The notes under the pieces are model-generated. The model worked only from the letters and a program-made list of their open reading frames with translations, ran no database searches and was not told where the DNA came from. From Neodothiora populina (lineage: Eukaryota), in the NCBI RefSeq assembly GCF_041146345.1, contig NW_027191413.1:1488001-1552000 (forward strand): a DNA stretch of 64,000 bases, given 5' to 3'. The translations under genes and the position numbers were made by a program. How positions within the stretch are numbered: the stretch's first letter is position 1; every line of letters starts with the position of its first letter. Below are positions 48,068-58,284 of this stretch, piece after piece.

Positions 48068-49705
48068 TTACATTTGGATAACCACTTGCTCTTCGTCGTC
48101 TATCCAGACAGGAGCTACTCTACGGACTTTGCTCTTGCTAGCCACGTATAACATCAAGTAGACATGCTGCACGACCTCACCCCAACAGAAGATCTTGATC
48201 TGACCCAATCCTGGACTTGTGGATGCTGATTTGTCTCGCATGGTGTCTACGCACATACCATTGTCCACATCCCTCGTGCACCACACGCCCCACCCCGACT
48301 TCCCAGTGCCCACATGTCGAATTAAGAAACGCCAGAATTGAAGCTGTAGACCAACCGACCAGGTGCTCGCATCGAGTAACCAGTAACCTCGCTCCGACTG
48401 GCGCGGTACCCTTACAACATGCTTTGGCTTATAACGATCAGAAATTGCAGAGTTGCTCCGCAAAGCGTGCAGCGCCGGCGTTACATGGGACGTGAATGTC
48501 TCGTCAGATGTTGGAGGCGGAGGTGGATGAATAGAGATAGGTAGTTTCTCAATATCTTCCAATCCACCAGGCTTCGCTGGAGTGACTGGCATACGTAGAG
48601 AAGGTCGATCCTTGGTCACTGGGCGCGGCGGAGGAGGCATTGCAATCACTGATTCGGTAATGTTCAATTTAGGGCATAAGTGTTGCATGCTTTGACGTCT
48701 TCTGTTTGCCACTGAAAGCTCATGGTTGCTCTCTGCATCCGCTGCATTGACATTGGCATCTGCATGACTTGTGTTTGGTGCATGTGGTGAGACTTTCGTC
48801 TCTAGAGTCGTGAATGAGTGATTTTCTGGTCTTGTCCGCGCCGGGCCGGGATCTGCACGCGAAGATGTACCAGAATATGGAGGCAGGGCAGTGCTGTCAT
48901 GTAGGGTTTGGTTGGGGAGCGAGCTGACACTTGAGGCTACTTGGCGGATTATCCTAGAAGGGGTGGACGGAGTACGGTTCACCGGCGAAGACAGCCGATG
49001 GTCATGAAATGGTGGAGAACATCTGGAGTTGGTGTCACTCAGCGAGTACGTGCTCGGTAGTTGAGACGGAATGTCGGCTGGCGAGGAACTCTGTCTGGCC
49101 CCCAACAGTGAAGTGGGTTGTCGCCGATTTCCAGGATTCAACGAGGAAGCGACGGCATACTCGGCATGAGCTGAAGATGACGGCGTAATCGCCTCCTCTT
49201 CTGTCGTGGATTCCAGATGTGACAGATTCGCCTGTGCAGGAATCTTTGAAGGGATCGACGCAGTCTGCATCTCAGAAGGTGAGTTTTGCTCACACGGCGA
49301 AGAAGACGATCGCACAGGGTCTAGGATCAATCTCGTGCATGACGCTGGTGTACGTATAGATCCGCCTCCTGAATGTGCATCTTGCGGAGACTCCGAGTTA
49401 ACGCCAACGATGCTGTATATAGGTCCTAAGGAAGAAGTGACAAGTTGAGATTCCAAAGCGGTCCGCGCGAGTTGAGTATCATCCAGGAAGACCGGGGGCG
49501 AAACACGATTGTCTACACCAATTTCACAATGGTTCAAGCTTGTACCCAATGGCGGAACCTCGTCTGCATGAGATGTGGTACTGATCTCGGACTGCCAAGA
49601 TGTTGTCTCTATAGCAGCAAAAGTAGAAAAGGCGTGGGCCTGCCGCTTGTATCGATCATCGTCCCTCTTGGAACTTGGAGCCGTAGTGTGGACAAGGAGC
49701 TCCAT
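48068..49705 (-). CDS. Fungal hypothetical protein (ordered termini, disordered centre)
   Basis: Long ORF with an N-terminal block MELLVHTTAPSSKRDDDRY, a Ser/Pro-rich middle and a Trp-rich C-terminal domain (ERGYW..FW..GWGVWC..IFCWGEVVQHVYLMLYVASK). An in-frame upstream ATG at 49738 is possible. Confidence 0.72.
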   Translation of the reverse strand: MELLVHTTAPSSKRDDDRYKRQAHAFSTFAAIETTSWQSEISTTSHADEVPPLGTSLNHCEIGVDNRVSPPVFLDDTQLARTALESQLVTSSLGPIYSIVGVNSESPQDAHSGGGSIRTPASCTRLILDPVRSSSSPCEQNSPSEMQTASIPSKIPAQANLSHLESTTEEEAITPSSSAHAEYAVASSLNPGNRRQPTSLLGARQSSSPADIPSQLPSTYSLSDTNSRCSPPFHDHRLSSPVNRTPSTPSRIIRQVASSVSSLPNQTLHDSTALPPYSGTSSRADPGPARTRPENHSFTTLETKVSPHAPNTSHADANVNAADAESNHELSVANRRRQSMQHLCPKLNITESVIAMPPPPRPVTKDRPSLRMPVTPAKPGGLEDIEKLPISIHPPPPPTSDETFTSHVTPALHALRSNSAISDRYKPKHVVRVPRQSERGYWLLDASTWSVGLQLQFWRFLIRHVGTGKSGWGVWCTRDVDNGMCVDTMRDKSASTSPGLGQIKIFCWGEVVQHVYLMLYVASKSKVRRVAPVWIDDEEQVVIQM

Positions 49706-50175
49706 CCACGAAATCCAAAAACTGTCTCCAGGAATCATTTATCTCAATGTCCATTATATAGCGTGGGAGTGAGCACAGTTGATGCTCTTGAAATGATGTC
49801 CAATGAGCTGCGATTGAAGTGTCGTATATAGTAAGTGTTTTGCAGAACTGCAATCAAGAAACTCCAACACGAAAAGTCAGTGCTAGAATCTGCATATACA
49901 CAGGAATTATAGTGAAGTGTATTTCAATTATATTGGTAGTATAGACACGGGATGTTTGCTGTAGCAGTGGCAAGACAAAGTACCTTGAGGTACTACTGTA
50001 TAAAAAGAAAGGCGCTAAGCCCGTTTCAAGCGAAGAAAGGCTCCGAAAATCTTGGCGCTCCACTTTCGGTGGGCGGATTTGAAGATATTGTAGATACAGC
50101 AATTATTGTCTCCGACGTCTATACCGCTGTCACAGAGTCTTTCCCCCTCGAAAGTCTCATTCCACATCTCTCAAT

Positions 50176-52115
50176 ATGGCGCCCGCATCTTTGTTGGATC
50201 TCGTCCAGGCGCTACCTGCGACCGACTCATGGGGTCCTCCTGTCACCACTGAGACCATCCGCGATGGCCTTCCTTTCGCTCCGTTTTCCAAGGGTGACAA
50301 GCTCGGTCGCATGGCCGACTGGACTGCCGATGGCAAGGGTCAAGAAAGAGGCGGCAGACAACAATACAACAGGAACTTCAGAGGTAAAGATCCCTTCTTG
50401 CCAGGTTGCGCCGCGCGGGGATGGATCAAATGCATGCAAAGCGCACAGCGTTTCCAATTCTACTGCCTTGCACTTAGCCATGCACAATTTTCTTATTCGT
50501 AGGGGCGCATGCTGACGAATCTCACCAGATCAACCATATGGCGCTGGCGCTGGTCTCCAGGGTATTTTCAGTGCTGAGGGCATGAACGAGGAGAACACCT
50601 TCTCCGTTGTCGACAACTCGCGAACTTCGACACGCACCCGTGGCTTCGGACGTGGCGGCAGCGCTATCTTCCGTGGACGTGGAGGAGCCCGCGGCGGCCA
50701 GGCTCAACGTGGTGCTCGCGGTGGTACCTTCCAGCGTGTTGGCGGAAGAGGTGGACAGCAGCAATACAACAACAACCCCCGTGGCGGTCGCGGTGGCGGT
50801 CCCGGTGGACGAAGGTTCGGCTGGAGAGATTACGACAAGCCCCAGCGCACCAGAGAGGCTTCAGTCCAGCCCAAGGACACCTGGAAGTTGCTCGAGGAGA
50901 TCGACTTCAGCCGTCTGGTCAAGCTCAACCTGGATACCGGAGATGGCGAGGACCTCGACAGCTACGGCTTCCTCTACTACTACGACCGCAGCTACGACAA
51001 GCAGCCCGGTGCGCCCACATCTTTCAAGAAGCTCAACGTTGTCGAGCGCGCTGCATACAACGTCACCACTTCTCTGGATCCCATTATTCAGGACCTTGCA
51101 GACCGCGACGAGGCTTCTATCTTCACCACTGACAACATTCTGTCCATGCTCATGTGCGCCCCCCGCTCTGTCTACTCCTGGGATCTGATCATCACGAGAC
51201 AAGGCAACAAGGTTTTCATCGACAAGCGTGAAGGCTCCAACATTGACAGAGTCACCGTCAACGAGAACGCTGCTGACGCCCCTATGGAAACCTCCGAGGG
51301 CAAGGATACCATCAACAGTGTCGGTCCCCTCATGGAGGAGGCCACCCACATCAACCACGTCTTCCCTATCCAGACTGTTCAGGAGTCCGAGACCCAGAAG
51401 ATTGACATGCCTAACGAGCACCCCTTCTACAACGCCGCTGAGGAGACTGACCCGCCGGCATCTAAGGCTTACAAGTACCGCCGCTTCGATCTTTCCCTCG
51501 AAGCCGATGCTGAGCCCCTTCACATCATCGTCCGTACTGAGATCGATGCCGTTGTCAAAAACAGCATCAGCGGCGAGGACCAGATGATGGTCATCAAGGC
51601 CCTCAACGAGTTCGACAACAAGGCTCAGGGCAGCGGTGGCGCGCTTGACTGGAGAGCCAAGCTCGCCAGTCAGCGTGGTGCCGTTCTTGCAACTGAGATG
51701 AAGAACAACAGCTGCAAGCTCGCTCGCTGGACCACGCAAGCCATCTTGGCCAAGGCTGACCAGATGAAGCTCGGGTAAGTCGAATTATACAAAAGATAGT
51801 GCTGGGAAACAAACCTGCTAACCGCTTGATAGTTTTGTCTCTCGTGTCAACCCCAAGTCTGCCAACGATCATGTCATCTTGGGTGTATTGGGCTACAAAC
51901 CTCGCGAGTTCGCCGCCCAGATGAACCTCAACCTCAACAACGGCTGGGCCATTGTCAGAACATTCGTCGACATGGTCATGAAGGAGCCTGATGGCAAGTA
52001 CGTTATGGTCAAGGACCCCAACAAGCCTACCATCCGCCTCTACAATGTCCCTCTCGACACCTTCGAGGAAGCCGAGGAGCTTGGCATGGTCGCCGAGGAG
52101 GGCCTTGACGAGTAG
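50176..52115 (+). CDS. eIF3d: Eukaryotic translation initiation factor 3 subunit D
   Basis: [24 protein letters not shown]-rich segment, RSVYSWD, TVNENA and [12 protein letters not shown]. Introns 50384-50528 and 51775-51832. Confidence 0.96.
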
Positions 52116-53460
52116 ATATTGCAGAGATATGAGTGCATGTCGAGCAGGGTGTCCGATGAAAGTAGAGGCGTCGCTCACGATTGGCGTTTGCAGGTACCTG
52201 GATGCTTGTAGACATGTGTTTGCTTTATAGCGGGTTAACCAAAAAGAATGGAGATGAGTTTACGCCTTTTTTCAGCTGGCTGCCAGTAAATATTGTTATC
52301 GTGCAAAAACGACAGGATCAAGCGGGATCGAACTTCCATAACACTTGCAGTGTCTTTATATTACTGTTCGCAAGCATCTCCATACATGTACACCTAGGTA
52401 GTGATCGACACCCTCGTGTTTATGATGACCGAAGTTTCCATAAAACCACATGCCTTCGACCTCGGCTCACCGTTTAAAACAAAGCAAGCCTGTCCTGAGC
52501 TCTTTCCGCATTCGATCAGACCTTGTCACCGGAAATATTGCACCTGCTATCACATCCACACTGGTGCCATGGTTGTTTGTGCGTGTCTTCCGCAATAGCC
52601 TACCACAGAGAAAATTTGATGGTCACCGGACTGGACTGGGACAATCCATGTATAGTAAGGTGTTGATGATTGAGCGTTGGCGGCCGACCAAAGTCCGAAT
52701 GACGTTGGCCGCATGCGAGAACTGCCGCCGAAGCTGGGAAAAAGTAAAGCCGGTAGCACTGGTAACACTTAACAGAGGACAAGAGAGAGAAAAGTACCTT
52801 GAAGGCAACAGAATTGTCATGTGAGTGAGCTCGACACGATATCGTATTGTACATGCTTCCAGGCCGCCCGGTAGTGCGCCAACCAGCAATGGACAGAACG
52901 TTATGGCTCTAGCCTCAGCGGTTCTTTCTCACAACTGGACCATGAATGTACCGGACGAGGTACAAATCTACTACGTTCCGGTGAGATCCGGTGGAGTGGC
53001 TTTCCATTGAGGCCTGATCGCTACTAGTTGACGAGAATAAGACCCATGCGTATGACATTACCGGCTCACTGCGCGACAAAAAGTGCTCGTTGACACGGGA
53101 GAAGTTCGACTGGACAGCACAAGTCATATCTAGTGAGATTCCACCGAGTACCTACCGTGTTGTACTTACAAGTACAGTGCAATAAAGTAAGCGGCTCCAG
53201 GATTGGTAGGGTGCCTAGAGGTACGTTGCTGTACCACGTACCGTAATCTAGTGCACCAACGAATCATTTAAATTAGCAGTGAGCCTCTGTGCAAGTACAA
53301 GTAGGCTCTGGAGATAGGGCGATGACTTGACGGAAGGGTCGAAACAAGCTCCGGTGGAATAAGCAGTGCGCACTTGGCAGGGCAATGATGGGCTCGTGCA
53401 CGACATTTGCGATGCAGATGAGGCAGATTAGAGGGGTGTAGCAACTAGCGCAAGGTGGGA

Positions 53461-53489
53461 GTCGCTGAGTCGCTGGGTCGCTGAGTCGC
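53461..53489. repeat. Short tandem 8-mer repeat (GTCGCTGR, ~3.6 copies) upstream of the ErdS-like gene
   Basis: gtcgctga-gtcgctgg-gtcgctga-gtcgc, read directly from the sequence. Confidence 0.7.
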
Positions 53490-53914
53490 AGTTCAAGTTC
53501 AGTTTAGGCGGTTGCGTCACACCCACGTCCTGCCTGCCTCCCGCATTTCTCACTTTCTCGCTGAGGTGGGTTTACCCTACCTTACCTGCCCGCAACGGTT
53601 CTATCCTCCACGGACCCCCAATTCTTCAGCGACAATTGTTCCCTGAGAGCTCCGTCAGATCTGACTTTGCTTTCTTTTCCATCTTGCCACATACCCTCCT
53701 CTCCATCGTAGAGACTTTTTCTTTCTTATCAAGTCTCACCTCCACCATCGGCGCCGCTGTCCTTGCCACAGCCCCACCGTAGCAAGTGTCCGCCCAAGGC
53801 AGACACGCCCAAGACGCCCTTCACCCCCGTAAGCTTACCCACTATTTTGGACCGTTCCTCGACTCTGTACAGCATGGCTGACTTGATCATCGTGACACAG
53901 TGTCTGCGCCCGCC

Positions 53915-56863
53915 ATGAAGAAGGCATTGCACAAGTTGACTCTCCACGGCACGCCGTCGAGCAGCAACCCGGGCAGTGACACCGAGGCCAGCACTCCGGT
54001 CCGGCATAGCTTCGACAATGCCAATGGCTCGCGTGGTTCCCTCGACCGCTTCCGTTCGCCGCGAGCCTCGACATCTGTCGACCACCATCGTCCAACCCAC
54101 AGCCCTCTGGGCGCCTTCCGCCAAAGGCTTAGGAGAAGCTCGTCTTCAGACAGCGACCTCCCGCTGAACCGCGATGGCGATCCCATGAGCAAGGGTCAGC
54201 AGAACAAGACCGAGAAGATCATTCAGAAAGAAGCGCACAGGAAGGAGGCCGAGGCTCGCGCCGAGGCCGACCGCCAACGCAAGCTTGAGGCTGAGGCCCG
54301 CGCCGCTATTGGCGAGACAGATGAGATGAAGACCAAGTACGGAGTTCTGCCCATCAACAACTACTCTCTGGCAGCGCCACCAAACGAGATCCGCGTTGAT
54401 CTCCGTGCGCTGACACCAGAGCACATCGGTCAGCTCGTCACATTCAGAGCCCGAGTCCACAACATCCGTAAGATCAGTGCCCATCTCGTCTTTATTGAGC
54501 TTCGCCAGCAGACGGTCACCATCCAGGGTGTTATTCACAAGAACGATTTGATCTCCCCTCACATGGTCTACTGGGCCGAGCATCTCCACCTCGAGACTGT
54601 CGTCCGAGTGAGAGGTGCCCTCCAGGAACCCAAGTCCAAGCAGGGCGAGATCATTGGCGCTTCTATCCACAACCTTGAGATCGCCATCCTTGAGTTGCAT
54701 GCCGAGGGATCCCCTACTGAGCCTCTTCCGTTCAGTGTCGGCGAAGCTGAGGTCACCAAGGAGGAGTCCGAGGCATCTCAGCACACTCGCCACTTCGTCT
54801 CAGATCGTGCGAGATTGAGCAACCGCATTATTGATTTGCGAACCACAACTTCTCAAAGCATCTTCCGTGTTCAATCGGTCGTCTCCACACTCTTCCGTGA
54901 GTTCTTGCTCAAGCAGGACTTTATTGAGATCCACACCCCCAAGCTTCAGGGTGGTGCTACTGAGTCTGGCGCCAGTGTGTTCAAGGTAGACTACTTTGGC
55001 AGACCGGCATTCCTCGCCCAGTCTCCTCAGCTGGCGAAGCAAATGTCCATCGCGGCTGACTTCAGGAAAGTCTTCGAGGTCGGTGCCGTTTTCCGTGCGG
55101 AGAACAGCAACACTCATAGACACATGACCGAGTACACTGGTCTGGATCTGGAAATGGCTATCGACGAGCACTACCATGAAGTATTGCGCACACTTGACAA
55201 TCTGTTCAAGTACATCTTCAAGGGAGTCTACGAACGATGCCGCCACGAGGTCGATGTTGTCAAGCGCCAATTTCCTCACGAAGACCTTGTCATCGCAGAC
55301 GTCACACCAGTCATTCCTTTCAAGGAGGCTATCGCAATGTTGAACGAGTCAGGATGGAGAAAAGAGAACGGAGATTTACTCCCTGACGATGAGGACCTCG
55401 GCACTAGAGATGAAATCCATCTCGGAGCAGTTGTCAAGGAGAAGTACAACGCTGATTACTATGTCCTGGACAAATTTCCTACTGGTGCCCGACCGTTCTA
55501 CGCAATGGAGGACCCCAACGACGCGCGATACACCAACTCCTTCGATATTTTCCTCAGAGGGCAGGAGATCTTGTCCGGTGGCCAACGTATCCATGACGCT
55601 ACCATGCTCAGGGAGAAGATGGAGCGCATGAAGGTGGATCCCAGCGTCATGGAAGAGTACATGCAAGGATTCGAGTGGGCTGCTCCTCCTCACGGAGGTG
55701 GTGGTATTGGCTTGGAGAGAATGCTCATGCTCTTCCTGCAACTCGGAGATATCAGACACGCCACCTTGTATCCTCGCGACCCGAAGTCCCTTCCAGCCAA
55801 GCCTGTTATCAAGCAGCTGAGACATCCCGAAGCAAGCACCATGCACCCCGCATGGGAAGGCAAGGACAGGGCAGCCGCCGGCATGGATCTTCCACCGGTC
55901 GAGATGCTTATTGCCAACTATGGAGATGCCTCAAACACCTCATGGCTTGAGCCACGCACAGAGATCTGGCGTGACGAACTCACCGGCGCTGCTGTTGGCT
56001 TCGTTCCCCATCAAGGATATGCCATCACTGTTGGCGACCCGCTGTGCCACGTTTCTCAGTACACCAAGATCATCAGCGGTTATCTCCGCTACATCAAGAA
56101 GGAGAGGAATTTGAAGCCTCTCTGGCTTCTGTGCGGTGCGGATGCTGAGGAAGTTCTTGCATCTAAGCTCGACTGGAGGACCTTCTCGGTGGCTGCTGAG
56201 CAACGCCTAGATCCGGGCAACAACCCAGCTGTACACGATCACGACATCCAGCGCAAGATCCGTCACGCTGAGAAGGAAGGCGTCAAGATCCATGATATCC
56301 CTCTCGGTGGCCCTGTGCCAGCACCCGTGAAGGAAAAGATCGACCAGCGTATCAAGGATTGGTTGGCCAACCGTAAGGGCAAGCAGGTCCATCTGACCAA
56401 CATCCACCCGTGGCAAGATGTTGCCCACCGCAAGTACCATTATTCCGTGGACAAAGAAGGCAACATTGCTGGTTTGGTCATCATGGCACAGCTGTCGCCT
56501 GATCATGGCTGGCAAGTCAAGTTCTCTCTTGACTTTCCGGGAGCACCATCCGGCGCAATTGAATTCCTTGTCATGCACGCCCTCAAGGAGGCTGCTGCTA
56601 GTGGCGCAACTTCTGTCACCTTCGGCGGTGGTGCTACGAGCAAGCTCAACCCCGGTCACAACCTCAAGGGTACCCGAATCAAGGTGCTCAGCAAGGCTTA
56701 CCACGCCATCGCGACTGAGCTCAAGCTCACCAACAAGAGTGAGTTCAGAGAGAAGCTTGGCGCACAGGAGGATCCGGTGTACATCTGTTACCCTCCTCAT
56801 GGCTTGGGACCCGGTGGTGTCAAGGCCATTCTTTCTTTCTTCGAAGATGATACCAACCAGTAA
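53915..56863 (+). CDS. erdS: Aspartyl-tRNA synthetase fused to a DUF2156-like aminoacyl-tRNA transferase (ergosteryl-3beta-O-L-aspartate synthase)
   Basis: OB fold (VTFRARVHNIR), eukaryote-type AspRS signature LAQSPQL, motif 2 FRAENSNTHRH and motif 3 PPHGGGGIGLER. About 350 further aa follow in frame (GDPLC, KIRHAEKEGV, FSLDFPGAPSGAIEFL, FREKLGA). ATG at 53915 in a CGCC context; probable 5'UTR intron 53829-53900. Confidence 0.92.
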   Translation: MKKALHKLTLHGTPSSSNPGSDTEASTPVRHSFDNANGSRGSLDRFRSPRASTSVDHHRPTHSPLGAFRQRLRRSSSSDSDLPLNRDGDPMSKGQQNKTEKIIQKEAHRKEAEARAEADRQRKLEAEARAAIGETDEMKTKYGVLPINNYSLAAPPNEIRVDLRALTPEHIGQLVTFRARVHNIRKISAHLVFIELRQQTVTIQGVIHKNDLISPHMVYWAEHLHLETVVRVRGALQEPKSKQGEIIGASIHNLEIAILELHAEGSPTEPLPFSVGEAEVTKEESEASQHTRHFVSDRARLSNRIIDLRTTTSQSIFRVQSVVSTLFREFLLKQDFIEIHTPKLQGGATESGASVFKVDYFGRPAFLAQSPQLAKQMSIAADFRKVFEVGAVFRAENSNTHRHMTEYTGLDLEMAIDEHYHEVLRTLDNLFKYIFKGVYERCRHEVDVVKRQFPHEDLVIADVTPVIPFKEAIAMLNESGWRKENGDLLPDDEDLGTRDEIHLGAVVKEKYNADYYVLDKFPTGARPFYAMEDPNDARYTNSFDIFLRGQEILSGGQRIHDATMLREKMERMKVDPSVMEEYMQGFEWAAPPHGGGGIGLERMLMLFLQLGDIRHATLYPRDPKSLPAKPVIKQLRHPEASTMHPAWEGKDRAAAGMDLPPVEMLIANYGDASNTSWLEPRTEIWRDELTGAAVGFVPHQGYAITVGDPLCHVSQYTKIISGYLRYIKKERNLKPLWLLCGADAEEVLASKLDWRTFSVAAEQRLDPGNNPAVHDHDIQRKIRHAEKEGVKIHDIPLGGPVPAPVKEKIDQRIKDWLANRKGKQVHLTNIHPWQDVAHRKYHYSVDKEGNIAGLVIMAQLSPDHGWQVKFSLDFPGAPSGAIEFLVMHALKEAAASGATSVTFGGGATSKLNPGHNLKGTRIKVLSKAYHAIATELKLTNKSEFREKLGAQEDPVYICYPPHGLGPGGVKAILSFFEDDTNQ

Positions 56864-57307
56864 TGGTAACGCTTATGAGAACGAAGTAAAGCCAGGTAGA
56901 TGGAATCATGGAATGATGGAATGTGGCACGCTCGAGAACCGATACCAATTGATTTCTTTTGTCTCAGTCAGTAGATATCAAATGATAGTGCCGATTACAG
57001 GCGCATTAATTGTATGACATTTTGTTTATAGTTATCTAGTATGGAGTAATGTTCGAGGATTTATGTCTGTTCTCATCACCCTACTCCCAAGTAATTCGCA
57101 AAGATAGCGAGATAATTCTTATAATTATGGTGAAGGTCATATACTGTGATTATGCGGTGGTTCAGCAAATGCGTATTTTAGCCTGTATAAAGCGATGAGA
57201 ATATTGACCAACGCTTGGACCAATAAAGCTTGGACCACTAGTATTCTACCTCTAGAAAAAGTTCCTTGCGCGTCGTCCACCTCGAAGACTTTCTTCTTCC
57301 TCCACCC

Positions 57308-58245
57308 ATGTCCATCATGGTAGACACAATAGCCGTCGCATCACATCATGAAGATGTTGATGATGACCTCAGTGACGAGCAGATGCAGCAGATGCTCGCT
57401 CGCGCTGCAAATCGCAAACGGGAAAGCGCTGGCTTGAAGCTGGTTGATGATGAGAAAGACGATGGTGACAGGACGAACTTTTCTTTCCCTAAGCTCGATA
57501 CCGGTCTCATTGCACAGCCCTATGTCTCAACTACGGGAGTTGTTGCACATGTCGACTCGTCACGCTTGCTTCAGGAGAAGGATCGCGTGCTTGCGAACCG
57601 TGTGCGGAAAGTGGAAGATCCGGTGTTGGTGAAGCAGAGAAAAGCAGAGGTACGATATCATTCCCTTCTTCTTTCTTCTATACTATACGATTGCCTATGA
57701 GGAAAATATTCCCAATCTTTTTGTTGAGCAGAGTCCGGGCTCCGTCTTGGTTGCCTTTCTGCAAAAATGATCTTTCTATAATCATAGTTACTCTGACGGC
57801 ACACTTTATCATCTATCTTCTTTTGATATCTTGAACTTGTTGTATGGCTATTTACTGACAAGTACTCGCACAGAACAAGAAGGCTACCGCTGGTGAACAG
57901 TGGTACAACCTGCCACGTACCGACTTGACTCCTGAGCTCAAGCGAGATCTGCAGCTTCTCAAGATGCGTAACGTGCTTGACCCTCACAGGCACTACAAGA
58001 AAGAAAATGGCAAGCTCAAGCCGCCAGAGTACTCTCAAGTTGGCACTATCGTCGAGGGTCCCACCGAGTACTTCAGTGCTAGACTTTCCAACAAGGACCG
58101 TAAGCAAACCTTTGTTGAAGAGGTTCTTGCTGGTGAGCAGGCTACTGGTCGCTTCAAGAAGAAGTACGGTGATGTACAAGTCGGTAAGACAAGTGGAAAG
58201 AAGGCCTATTACAAGTCCGTCCAAGAAAAACGACACAAGAGATGA
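57308..58245 (+). CDS. FCF2: rRNA-processing protein Fcf2
   Basis: Intron 57650-57873 joins exon 1 to NKKATAGEQWYNLP..ELKRDLQLLKMRNVLDPHRHYKK..QVGTIVEGPTEYFSARL. Confidence 0.92.
57692..57801 (+). ncRNA. Intronic box C/D snoRNA, predicted 25S rRNA 2'-O-methylation guide (snR63/U46-like target)
   Basis: Terminal stem TGCC/GGCA, C box ATGAGGA (57697-57703), D' TTGA, C' ATGATCT and D box CTGA (57793-57796). The D box is preceded by TCATAGTTACT, the exact complement of LSU rRNA AGUAACUAUGA. Confidence 0.85.
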
Positions 58246-58284
58246 ACACCGCCGATGTCATTGATGCTATGTTGCAAACTGCTT

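Noticed and set aside
47342..50528. Longer introns of cytidine deaminase (187 nt) and eIF3d (145 nt) as snoRNA hosts
   Set aside because: No convincing C box with an rRNA-complementary guide, and no H/ACA architecture found by eye.
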